Shown here: piece after piece, positions 24,380 to 32,000 of the stretch | Position numbering within the stretch: the first letter of the stretch is position 1 | How the letters are laid out: each line of letters opens with the position of its first letter | Assembly: GCA_963704755.1 (NCBI GenBank) | Contig: OY969938.1 | Location: 990,001-1,022,000, forward strand | Length of the DNA stretch: 32,000 bases | Reading direction: 5' to 3' | Source of the DNA: an uncultured Chloroflexia bacterium | Lineage (GTDB): Bacteria; Chloroflexota; Anaerolineae; Anaerolineales; Anaerolineaceae | The notes under the pieces: generated by a model | What the model was told of the DNA's origin: nothing | The model's input: only the letters and a program-made list of their open reading frames with translations | The model's database searches: none | Translations under genes and position numbers: made by a program

Positions 24380-25606
24380 ATGCCGAGTGAAGTTTACGAT
24401 GTAATCGTAGCTGGTTCCGGACCGGCCGGGGCCAGCGCCGCTTACTTCCTGGGAGAAGGCGGCCTGCGGGTGCTGGTGCTGGAAAAAGAGAGCCTGCCGC
24501 GCTACAAGACTTGCGGTGGCGGCCTGTCGATCGAGTTCCTGCAACACCAGTTTCCCTTCTCGTTCGAGCCGGTCCTGAACAGCACCGTAAACGCCTTTTG
24601 CTATGCGCGCGGCAGCAAGATCATCACCATCCCGGCCCGGCCGGGTGTAGTCGGCATGGTCATGCGCGACAAGTTCGACCAATTCCTCCTGGAGCACTGC
24701 CGCGCTGAAATCATCGACAACCTGGCTATACGCAGTATTGCCGAAACGAGTGACTCCGTAAACGTGACCACCGCCGACGGACGCCAGTTCAGCGGGCGCT
24801 ACCTGATCGGGGCGGACGGAGCTAATTCGACAGTAGCGCATGCCCTGGGCCTGCGGCCGAAGCGGACCCTGGCAGCGGCCATCGAAGCCGAAGCCCCGGC
24901 GCCCGCACAGGTGATGAAGCGCTTCTGCGACCGGCCGGTCTTCATCTTCGGCGAAATCTGCCAGGGCTACCTGTGGATCTTCCCCAAAGCCGGCCACCTC
25001 TCGGTCGGCATCGCTGCCCTGCACCCCCGCCGGGGCGAGCTGCAGGCCACGCTAAAAAAGGTTATGCAGCGCTACCAGATCTCGCTGGAAGACGTGCCTC
25101 TGCACGGCCACCCCATCCCGATTTACACCCACCGCCAGCCGATCAGCACTGCGCGCACCCTGCTGGTTGGCGACGCTGCCGGCCTGGCCGACCCGCTTTC
25201 CGGTGAGGGCATCCGCCTGGCGATCAAAAGCGGCCGCCTGGCCGCCGAAGCCATCTTGAACGGACACCCGGAGAGCTATTCGCAGGCCGTTTTCCGCCGT
25301 ATCGGTCTGGATCATTTAAGCGGGCTGCTGGCCGCCCATTTCTTCTACCACGCCGAGGGATTATGCCTTTTCCTGGGCGCGCCTAACCCGTTCGTCACCC
25401 GCGCCATCGAAGACTTACTCTCTGACCGGGCCAACTCCATCGACGTCGTTCTGCGCGGGGTAGGTACCCTGCCCGTCTTCTGGCTCACCGAAATCGTGGC
25501 CGGACTGGCCGGCGCCCTTGGCGCAAAACAACTCAGCCGGCGCATTCGCGAATGGGTCTATTTGGGTCCGGGAGCACGCCACGGCCGGCCGGCAACGGCT
25601 GAATAA
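24380..25606 (+). CDS. FAD-dependent oxidoreductase, geranylgeranyl reductase family
   Basis: Dinucleotide-binding YDVIVAGSGPAGASAAYFLGEGGLRVLVLEKE. GADGANS and the LLVGDAAGLADPLSGEGI motifs are typical of the geranylgeranyl reductase / FixC-like family. Confidence 0.8.
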   Translation: MPSEVYDVIVAGSGPAGASAAYFLGEGGLRVLVLEKESLPRYKTCGGGLSIEFLQHQFPFSFEPVLNSTVNAFCYARGSKIITIPARPGVVGMVMRDKFDQFLLEHCRAEIIDNLAIRSIAETSDSVNVTTADGRQFSGRYLIGADGANSTVAHALGLRPKRTLAAAIEAEAPAPAQVMKRFCDRPVFIFGEICQGYLWIFPKAGHLSVGIAALHPRRGELQATLKKVMQRYQISLEDVPLHGHPIPIYTHRQPISTARTLLVGDAAGLADPLSGEGIRLAIKSGRLAAEAILNGHPESYSQAVFRRIGLDHLSGLLAAHFFYHAEGLCLFLGAPNPFVTRAIEDLLSDRANSIDVVLRGVGTLPVFWLTEIVAGLAGALGAKQLSRRIREWVYLGPGARHGRPATAE

Positions 25607-25623
25607 AAAACGTTTCGCCGGAT

Positions 25624-25689
25624 GGGTAAGAATCCCGAAATTAAAATGTTCGCTTGGTTTAAAGCCCACGCGAACATATAATTTCGGGA
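25624..25689. repeat. Palindromic repeat, cccgaattt...ttcttaccc family (copy 3, inverted orientation)
   Basis: gggtaagaa (25624-25632, the reverse complement of ttcttaccc) is followed by tcccgaaattaaaatgttcgc (25633-25653), which pairs imperfectly with gcgaacatataatttcggga (25670-25689). Confidence 0.8.
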
Positions 25690-25726
25690 AAGCATTGCCA
25701 TTAAACTAATCAGATCCCGCAAAATA

Positions 25727-25787
25727 TAGAGGAGTTTTTATTGTTTTTCTCGTGCGCTGCACGCGAAAAACAATAAAAACTCCTCTA
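25727..25787. terminator. AT-rich palindrome between convergent genes (putative bidirectional terminator; tttttattatt family)
   Basis: tagaggagtttttattgtttttc (25727-25749) pairs perfectly (23 bp) with gaaaaacaataaaaactcctcta (25765-25787). The family flank cccgagcagtaatt is at 25801-25814. Confidence 0.7.
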
Positions 25788-25822
25788 CTTTCGGAAATAG
25801 CCCGAGCAGTAATTAAAAAGTT

Positions 25823-27256
25823 TCAACCCGCTTGCGGCCCATCCCATTCGCCGGCGGGATTACTCAAGTACTGGTGGATCGAATCAGCGGCCTTGCGGCC
25901 AGCGCCCATGGCCAGGATGACGGTCGCTGCCCCGGTAGCAATATCGCCGCCGGCCCACACCTTTGCGCGCGATGTTTTCCCGCTTTCCTCAGCGACCACC
26001 ACGTTGCCCTTGCGTCCGATCAGCAGGCCGCTGGTGGTAGCTGGGATCAAGGGGTTGGGGCTGTTACCTACCGCATGGATCACACAGTCGAACGACTGGA
26101 AAAAGTTGGAGCCTTCTACTGCTACCGGCCGGCGCCGGCCAGATTCATCCGGTTGGCCCAGTTCCATGCGAATGCACTCCAGGCCAGAGACCCAGTTGTT
26201 TTCGTTCGCCAATGTTTTTACCGGTAGGGTCAGGAACTCGAACTTGACCCCTTCCTCTTCCGCGTTCTCGACCTCTTCTAATCGGGCCGGTAACTCGGCG
26301 CGTGACCGCCGGTACAGAATGGTGGCCTGAGCCCCCAGGCGCAAAGCCGTGCGAGCGCAGTCCATGGCCACGTTCCCGCCGCCCAGCACCGCCACCCGCT
26401 GGTGCTCTTTGATCGGCGTAGCGGAATTGGGATAGCGATAGCCCTTCATCAGGTTGATGCGGGTCAGGTACTCGTTGGCCGAATAAACCCCATTCAGGTT
26501 ATTGCCCGGCATTTCCAGGAACCAGGGCAGCCCGGCCCCACTGCCGACAAAGACCGCGTCATATTCCTCGAGCAGGCTCTCCATCGAGCGGGTCTTGCCG
26601 ATTACCGTATCGGTGACCATCTCGACGCCCAGCCCCCGCAGCGAATCGATCTCGGCATCCACAATGCGCTTGGGCAGGCGAAACTCCGGGATGCCGTAGG
26701 ACAGCACCCCGCCCATCTTGTGCAGGGCTTCGAAAATCACAACCCGGTGACCGTAGCGTACCAGGTCAGCCGCGACGGTCAAGCCGGCCGGCCCCCCGCC
26801 GACGATGGCCACTTTTTTGCCGGTCGGAACGGTTACCGCAGAGGGACTCGCTGCTTCCTGGGTCCTTGACCAATCTCCCAGGAAGCGTTCCAGCCGCCCG
26901 ATGGCGATCTGTCCACCCCGCCGCACCAGGGCGCAGTTCTTTTCGCATTGCTCTTCCTGCGGGCAAACCCGTCCGCAGACCGAAGGCAGGGTGTTCTTGG
27001 TCTTGAGGATTTGCACACCGCGGGCGAAATCGCCTTCCGCGATAGCCTGGATAAATTCGGGGATCGGAACCTGGACCGGGCAGTTTGGAATGCAGAAAGG
27101 TTTCTTGCACTGGATACAGCGCCGGGCCTCTTCCATGGCCAGCTCAGCGGTGTAGCCCAGGGCCACCTCTTCGAAGTTCTGGTTGCGCACTTCGGGCGCC
27201 TGCTTGGGCATTTCCCGGCGGTTCAAGTCCAATTTTTTGGGTCCGTTTTCACTCAT
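25823..27256 (-). CDS. GltD / NfnB / SudA-like NAD(P)H-dependent flavin iron-sulfur oxidoreductase, large subunit
   Basis: ATG at 27256 (MSENGPKK...). RCIQCKKPFCIPNCPV and CGRVCPQEEQCEKNC Fe-S motifs. VAIVGGGPAGL and VAVLGGGNVAMD dinucleotide folds, and WAGGDIATG. Confidence 0.85.
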   Translation of the reverse strand: MSENGPKKLDLNRREMPKQAPEVRNQNFEEVALGYTAELAMEEARRCIQCKKPFCIPNCPVQVPIPEFIQAIAEGDFARGVQILKTKNTLPSVCGRVCPQEEQCEKNCALVRRGGQIAIGRLERFLGDWSRTQEAASPSAVTVPTGKKVAIVGGGPAGLTVAADLVRYGHRVVIFEALHKMGGVLSYGIPEFRLPKRIVDAEIDSLRGLGVEMVTDTVIGKTRSMESLLEEYDAVFVGSGAGLPWFLEMPGNNLNGVYSANEYLTRINLMKGYRYPNSATPIKEHQRVAVLGGGNVAMDCARTALRLGAQATILYRRSRAELPARLEEVENAEEEGVKFEFLTLPVKTLANENNWVSGLECIRMELGQPDESGRRRPVAVEGSNFFQSFDCVIHAVGNSPNPLIPATTSGLLIGRKGNVVVAEESGKTSRAKVWAGGDIATGAATVILAMGAGRKAADSIHQYLSNPAGEWDGPQAG

Positions 27257-27287
27257 AAGGGGTTTTCCTGAAAACGCGATGTGCGCG

Positions 27288-28112
27288 TCATTGCGGCCGG
27301 CTGGAGCGGTAAGGCTGGCTCTCTTCGGCCAGGTAGGCTTTGCGGCGCTGGACCAGTTCGTCCCAGTTGACCATGTGCCCGTCGAAATGGGGGCCGTCCA
27401 CACAGGCAAATTTGGTTGAGTCGCCGATCATCACCCGGCAGACGCCGCACATGCCCGTGCCGTCGATCATCAAGGTGTTCAGGCTGACCAGGGTCTTGAT
27501 CTTCAGCGGGCGGGTTTCTTCCGATCCGCGCTGCATCAGGTAATTGCAGCCGTTGAGGATCACCCGGTCGGCCGGCCAGGGCAAGTGTTCCAGGATGGCG
27601 GGCAGCGTGTTGATGTGCCCGCGCAGGCCCTTGGAGCCATCCCGGGTGATTTCCACCAGTTGGTCGGCGACCTTTTTTAGCTTGTCCTGCCAGTAGAGCA
27701 GGTAGCGGCTGCGCCCTTCGATCACAACACTGACCCGGTTACCCTGGGTTTTCAACGCCCGGGCCACGGGATAAATGCTGGCGATGCCGTAGCAGCCTCC
27801 CACCAGCACCACGTGGCCAAAATTACCGATTTCCATCGGGTTGCCCAACGGACCCACCAGGGTGGGGATCGAACTGCCGGGCGCCAGGGAGGCCAGCTTT
27901 TGAGTGGTGTACCCGATGGCCAAAAAGACCAGGGTGACCGTGCCGGCCGCGGCGTCCCAATCGGAGATCGTCAAGGGGATACGTTCGCCTTCTTCCTCAA
28001 CCCGCAGGATGGCAAACTGGCCCGGCTGGACCGAGTTGGCCACTTCCGGGGCGTGGATTTCGACCTGGTGCAGGTTAGGGGCAATCATTTGCGTACGGAT
28101 AATCTCGAACAT
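27288..28112 (-). CDS. NfnA / SudB / PyrK-like FAD and 2Fe-2S electron-transfer subunit
   Basis: ATG at 28112 (MFEIIR...) lies 2 nt after the upstream stop. FNR-like fold (GQFAILRV, RIPLTISD, LVGGCYGIA). C-terminal cluster motif GTGMCGVCRV...FACVDGP. Confidence 0.8.
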   Translation of the reverse strand: MFEIIRTQMIAPNLHQVEIHAPEVANSVQPGQFAILRVEEEGERIPLTISDWDAAAGTVTLVFLAIGYTTQKLASLAPGSSIPTLVGPLGNPMEIGNFGHVVLVGGCYGIASIYPVARALKTQGNRVSVVIEGRSRYLLYWQDKLKKVADQLVEITRDGSKGLRGHINTLPAILEHLPWPADRVILNGCNYLMQRGSEETRPLKIKTLVSLNTLMIDGTGMCGVCRVMIGDSTKFACVDGPHFDGHMVNWDELVQRRKAYLAEESQPYRSSRPQ

Positions 28113-28114
28113 GG

Positions 28115-30232
28115 TCAATCCTGCCAATCCGGGTATAGCCAGCGTAAACCTTCCACCCAGGCAGCCAGGGGAAAGCCGTTATATTCATGGACGTTTGCGG
28201 CTGTCGACCCAGCGTCGCCAAAACCGGCACCGGGCAATCCATGTGAGCGGTCGATTGGCCGGCCGATCGCGAAGCCCGGCAGGAGACGCTCAATTTCAGC
28301 CTGGATCTCTGCCACGCCTGGATAGTCGAAGCCTTCGAAACCCATTTCCTGGGCAATGCGGCACAGGATCTGCCAGGAAGGCAGCGCCTCACCGCGCGGC
28401 ATGACAGCTCGGTTCATTGCCCGGACGATACCGCCCTGGTCGATGGTCGTTCCGTCCGTTTCGGTAAACGCCGCCGCCGGAAGGACCAGGTCGGCAACCT
28501 CGCCGGGCTGAGCCGGGTAACTGTTCTGGTAAATCACGTAATCCGGACGGTCGATACCCTCCGGTAAACTCGCGCCGATCAGGTACATCACCTGCGGGTC
28601 AGCCTCCGCCAACGCAGCGGCCCGTTCCGGCTGGCCAGAAAGTCCTAACCATAATGCCCCCGGCAGGTTGGCATGCGCTGTCAGGCAGACGACTTGCGCC
28701 TCCAGCCGTTCGGCCAGGCGCACCACAACCTCCAGCAGCCCGGGCGTGCCGGGATGGATCAGCCATTCCGCTCCGACCAGGATCACCGCCTGAGGCGCCG
28801 CCATCAACAGGCCGGCCGCCTGGCTGATTTCGTCCGCAGGGTCACCTTTACCCGGCCGCTCGAGCGCAGCCAGCAGGGTCTCCAGTTCAACCTGTTCCTC
28901 ACCCGGTCCCGCCGTCAGGCAAATCTCTGCCCCCCGGTTCACGCCCTCCGGACGAGAATCCATGGCGATGATCCGGGCGCCATCACGGGCAGCCCGTTTC
29001 ACAGCCGTTTCAACGACCGAATAAGCGTAAGGGTCATTCAAGCCCAGGCATAAAACTGCCTGCGCATCTTGCAAGGCCGCCAGCGGCGCGGAAACGCTGA
29101 TCAGCCGGGCCGCGCTGGCGGATATTTCCAGCTCAGGCACGCGGATATTGCCCGAGCCCATCACCTGGCGGGTAAATTTCTGGGCGATAAATAAATCTTC
29201 GCTGCTGGTGTCGGCCGAGATGAGTAGTTGGAACTTATCGGGCGGGCAGGCCGCCAGCTTTGCGGCGGCTTCCTGTACGGCGTCCTCCCAGCCTAACTTG
29301 ATCTGGATGCCACTGCTGTATCTGAGCGGCTGTTTCAATCGCTCCGGCCGGTTAACCAGTTCGGGAACGCCAAAGCGGCCCATGACACACAGGGTATCGC
29401 TTCCGGCATCCGCATCGGGCCGGCAGCCTAATACCCGGCCGTTGCGGCTTTCCACGGTCAACGAACAGCCCAGGCCGCACAGGGGACAGGTACTGGTCGT
29501 TTGGGCGTCGGCGCGGCCTTCCCATTTGCGCGTCTTTTCGCTCAACGTGCCGGTCGGGCAAACCTCCAGGCAGGCGCCGCAGAAACTACAATTCGATTGC
29601 AGGTGTGAGCGTCCAAAGGCCGTGCCGACTACCGCCTCGGCTCCACGTTGAGTAAAGGTCAGCGTGGGCGTGAAATGCAATTCTTCGCACATGCGCACGC
29701 AGCGCCCGCACAATACACACAGGTTGTAATCCCGGTCGAAGAAAGGATCATTTTTCTCGACCGGCAGCATGCGGTAGCGCATGGGATAGTCCGCCTGGGT
29801 CACACCTACCTGGCGCACCAGCGCCTGAAATTCACACTGGCCGTCCTCGGGGCACGAGCGGCAGCCGACGGTCATCTCGGCTTTGCGTAAGGTCAGCATA
29901 CATTCTTCACAGTTGCTGTTCTCAGGGCACTGCAAACAGGCCGAAGGGTGCTCGGCGAGCAGCATTTGCAGTAATTCGCAGCGCAGCTCCTGGACCTTGG
30001 GCGTATGAGTCTGCACCACCATCCCTTCCTCGACCGGGGTGGTACAGGCGGTCGGGGTATTGGCGCGTCCCTGGATCTCGACGATACACAACCGGCAACT
30101 GCCATGCGAGGGCAAGCCGGGATAATGGCACAGGGTAGGGATTTCGATCCCATTCAGCCGGGCTGCATCCAGTATCGTGAGCCCCGCTTCAACTTCCATT
30201 GGCCGGTCGTTGATGGTTATTCGTAAGCTCAT
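28115..30232 (-). CDS. NuoG / formate-dehydrogenase-alpha-like Fe-S protein (2Fe-2S, several 4Fe-4S, short molybdopterin-oxidoreductase-fold domain)
   Basis: ATG at 30232 (MSLRITINDRP...) overlaps the upstream stop (ATGA). CHYPGL..GSCRLCIVE (2Fe-2S), HPSACLQCPENSNCEC, CVLCGRCVRMC, CSFCGACLEVCPTG, then TCPLCGLGCSL...CVMGRFG, as in MopB N-termini. At 705 aa it is shorter than NAD-dependent FdhA enzymes. Confidence 0.75.
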   Translation of the reverse strand: MSLRITINDRPMEVEAGLTILDAARLNGIEIPTLCHYPGLPSHGSCRLCIVEIQGRANTPTACTTPVEEGMVVQTHTPKVQELRCELLQMLLAEHPSACLQCPENSNCEECMLTLRKAEMTVGCRSCPEDGQCEFQALVRQVGVTQADYPMRYRMLPVEKNDPFFDRDYNLCVLCGRCVRMCEELHFTPTLTFTQRGAEAVVGTAFGRSHLQSNCSFCGACLEVCPTGTLSEKTRKWEGRADAQTTSTCPLCGLGCSLTVESRNGRVLGCRPDADAGSDTLCVMGRFGVPELVNRPERLKQPLRYSSGIQIKLGWEDAVQEAAAKLAACPPDKFQLLISADTSSEDLFIAQKFTRQVMGSGNIRVPELEISASAARLISVSAPLAALQDAQAVLCLGLNDPYAYSVVETAVKRAARDGARIIAMDSRPEGVNRGAEICLTAGPGEEQVELETLLAALERPGKGDPADEISQAAGLLMAAPQAVILVGAEWLIHPGTPGLLEVVVRLAERLEAQVVCLTAHANLPGALWLGLSGQPERAAALAEADPQVMYLIGASLPEGIDRPDYVIYQNSYPAQPGEVADLVLPAAAFTETDGTTIDQGGIVRAMNRAVMPRGEALPSWQILCRIAQEMGFEGFDYPGVAEIQAEIERLLPGFAIGRPIDRSHGLPGAGFGDAGSTAANVHEYNGFPLAAWVEGLRWLYPDWQD

Positions 30233-32000
30233 TCGCCCACCTCGACCAGGCATTCGGCCGGCCCATGGGTCGAAACCGGGAAGCTCAAGATCGCGCCGCG
30301 GTTGCAGGCGTTCACACACGACTGGCAGTGCGTGCACAGGCTGGCGTCCAGGCTGAACGGCTGGCGCGGCTCCCCTTGGATCGCCCCGCTCGGGCAGACC
30401 GGCAGGCACAGGCCGCAGCCGGTACAGCGCTCAGCGATAATATGGTATTCGTACAGGTCGCCGCACACCCCAGACGGGCAATACTGATCCTGGATGTGAG
30501 CCTGGTATTCGGGCAAGAAATTGCGCAGGGTGCTGGTGACCGGGTTCGAGGCCGCCTGGCCCAACCCGCACAGCGCGGTCTTCACCATCGTGGCGGAGGT
30601 GCGCTGTAAAATCTCCAGGTCGCCCGGCTCGCCATCCCCACGGGAGATCTTTTCGAGGGTGTCCTGCAGCACGCGGGTGCCTACCCGGCAAGGTGTGCAA
30701 TTGCCGCACGATTCACGGGCGGAAAACGAAAGGAAGTAGCGGGCCACATCGACCATGCAGGTGGTCTCGTCCATCACGATCAGCCCGCCCGAGCCCATAA
30801 TCGAGCCGTTAGCCTTAAGAAACTCGTAATCGACCGGTGTATCCAGGTGCTCCTCCGCCAGGCAGCCCCCTAGCGGGCCGCCCGTCTGTACAGCCTTGAA
30901 AGTCTTGCGCGTGCCGCCGCCGATGTCATAGACGATCTGGCGCAGGCTCATTCCCAGCGGTACCTCGATCAGCCCGGTGCGGCGCACCTTGCCGACCAGC
31001 GAAAAGGTCTTGGTGCCGCTGTTGCCGGCCACGCCGAACTGGTGGAACCACTCGCCGCCGTTACGCAGAATATTAGGCACTGTGCCGAAGGTCTCGGTAT
31101 TGTTGATCAGGGTGGGCTTGCCGCGGAAGCCTTTCACCGCCGGATAGGGCGGGCGTGGACGGGGCATCCCGCGCTGGCCTTCCAACGAGGCGATCAAAGC
31201 GGTCTCCTCGCCGCACACGAAAGCTCCGGCGCCTTCCTTGATCTCGATCTCGAAGTCGAAACCGGAGCCGAGGATATTTTTGCCCAGCAGTCCGTAGGCG
31301 CGCATCTGGGCCACAGCGTTTTTCAGGCGGGTCACCGCCAACGGATACTCGGCCCGCACGTAAATATAACCGTTGGTCGCGCCGATGGCGTAACCGCCGA
31401 TCAAGATCCCTTCCAGCACCGCATGCGGGTCGCTCTCGATCAAAGCCCGGTTCATGAACGCGCCCGGGTCGCCTTCGTCGGCGTTGCAAATCACGTATTT
31501 CGGCGATCCGCCGGACTTGCGACAGGCTTCCCACTTGCGATACGTCGGAAAGCCTGCTCCGCCGCGCCCACGCAGCTCGGATCCTTTCAAAACATCGATC
31601 ACCGCTTCGGGTGTCATCTCCAACGCTTTGGCAAAGCCCAGGTAACCGTCTTGAGCCAGATAATGGTCGATTTCTTCCGGGTCGATCAGGCCGCAGTTGC
31701 GCAGGATCACCCGCACCTGGGGTTTGAGCATGGGCTGGTCGAAAAAGCGCTGGATGCCGCTTTCGGCAGTGAAAGCCTCATCGCCGAAATGGCCGGCCGC
31801 TTGTTTGGGCAGCAAATCGCCCTCCACCAGGTTGGCCAGCACGATCTTGCGCGCTTTTTCAGGGGTCACTCTGGCATAACTGACCCTGGGTTTGCCCGGC
31901 CGGGCAACGTCCAGGAGCGGCTCGAGGTAACACGGACCAATACAGCCCACCGTGACGACGCGGGCCTGTAAATTATTTTCCGCCAGGGTCTCCTGGACCG
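30229..32000 (-). CDS. NuoF / HydB-like NADH-binding flavoprotein with N-terminal thioredoxin-like domain and C-terminal 2x[4Fe-4S] ferredoxin (5-prime end outside window)
   Basis: GRGGAGFPTYRKWE (FMN/NADH site), ESCGNCTPCRVG (N3 cluster), CTGCGLCLPVCP and CTHCQSCVNAC. The frame stays open from 31950 to the window edge (...VQETLAENNLQARVVTVGCIGPCY...), so the gene is truncated by the window. Confidence 0.85.
   Translation of the reverse strand, partial: VQETLAENNLQARVVTVGCIGPCYLEPLLDVARPGKPRVSYARVTPEKARKIVLANLVEGDLLPKQAAGHFGDEAFTAESGIQRFFDQPMLKPQVRVILRNCGLIDPEEIDHYLAQDGYLGFAKALEMTPEAVIDVLKGSELRGRGGAGFPTYRKWEACRKSGGSPKYVICNADEGDPGAFMNRALIESDPHAVLEGILIGGYAIGATNGYIYVRAEYPLAVTRLKNAVAQMRAYGLLGKNILGSGFDFEIEIKEGAGAFVCGEETALIASLEGQRGMPRPRPPYPAVKGFRGKPTLINNTETFGTVPNILRNGGEWFHQFGVAGNSGTKTFSLVGKVRRTGLIEVPLGMSLRQIVYDIGGGTRKTFKAVQTGGPLGGCLAEEHLDTPVDYEFLKANGSIMGSGGLIVMDETTCMVDVARYFLSFSARESCGNCTPCRVGTRVLQDTLEKISRGDGEPGDLEILQRTSATMVKTALCGLGQAASNPVTSTLRNFLPEYQAHIQDQYCPSGVCGDLYEYHIIAERCTGCGLCLPVCPSGAIQGEPRQPFSLDASLCTHCQSCVNACNRGAILSFPVSTHGPAECLVEVGE

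Noticed and set aside
25752-26330. 192-aa plus-strand ORF starting inside the 25727-25787 palindrome.
   Set aside because: It begins within the terminator-like hairpin. It runs antisense to the C-terminus of the GltD/NfnB-like gene and has a low-complexity translation.

Overview
This is a GC-rich bacterial chromosomal window with about 23 supportable protein genes and an unusually dense set of intergenic repeats. Gene content loosely suggests a filamentous Chloroflexota/Anaerolineae-like organism, but that is only a guess.

Contents from left to right:
1. A CUT2-type sugar ABC transporter operon with ATPase, permease and lipoprotein binding protein (154-3939, +).
2. A GGDEF/HD-GYP c-di-GMP enzyme followed by a GPP34/GOLPH3-family gene (4335-6637, +).
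3. A frameshifted GT-B-like transferase pseudogene and a PHP phosphoesterase (6766-8592, -).
4. The most interesting locus, a tight six-gene minus-strand operon running from 18465 down to 8961. It encodes an LCAT-type alpha/beta-hydrolase lipase, a small 3-TM protein, and a 1217-aa fusion of a CHAT protease, a STAND-like NTPase lacking the Walker A lysine, and a multi-TM domain. It also encodes a FecR-like lipoprotein, a signal-less gingipain (C25)-like clan CD peptidase and a signal-less papain (C1) peptidase. I interpret it as a candidate undescribed membrane-associated proteolytic conflict or cell-death system.
5. A roughly 2.5 kb array of ~216-bp multi-hairpin tandem repeats (18722-21269), split by an IS200/RAYT-type Y1 transposase cassette.
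6. A Q/D-rich secreted repeat protein, Ada, a DUF1801-like protein and a geranylgeranyl-reductase-family flavoprotein.
7. A translationally coupled NuoF-like/NuoG-like/NfnA-like/NfnB-like redox operon that runs off the right edge.

Nearly every intergenic gap holds a long palindrome with an 18-26 bp stem, and these fall into at least three sequence families. I saw no rRNA, tRNA or CRISPR array. All family calls come from motif recognition by eye; no database search or computation was possible.
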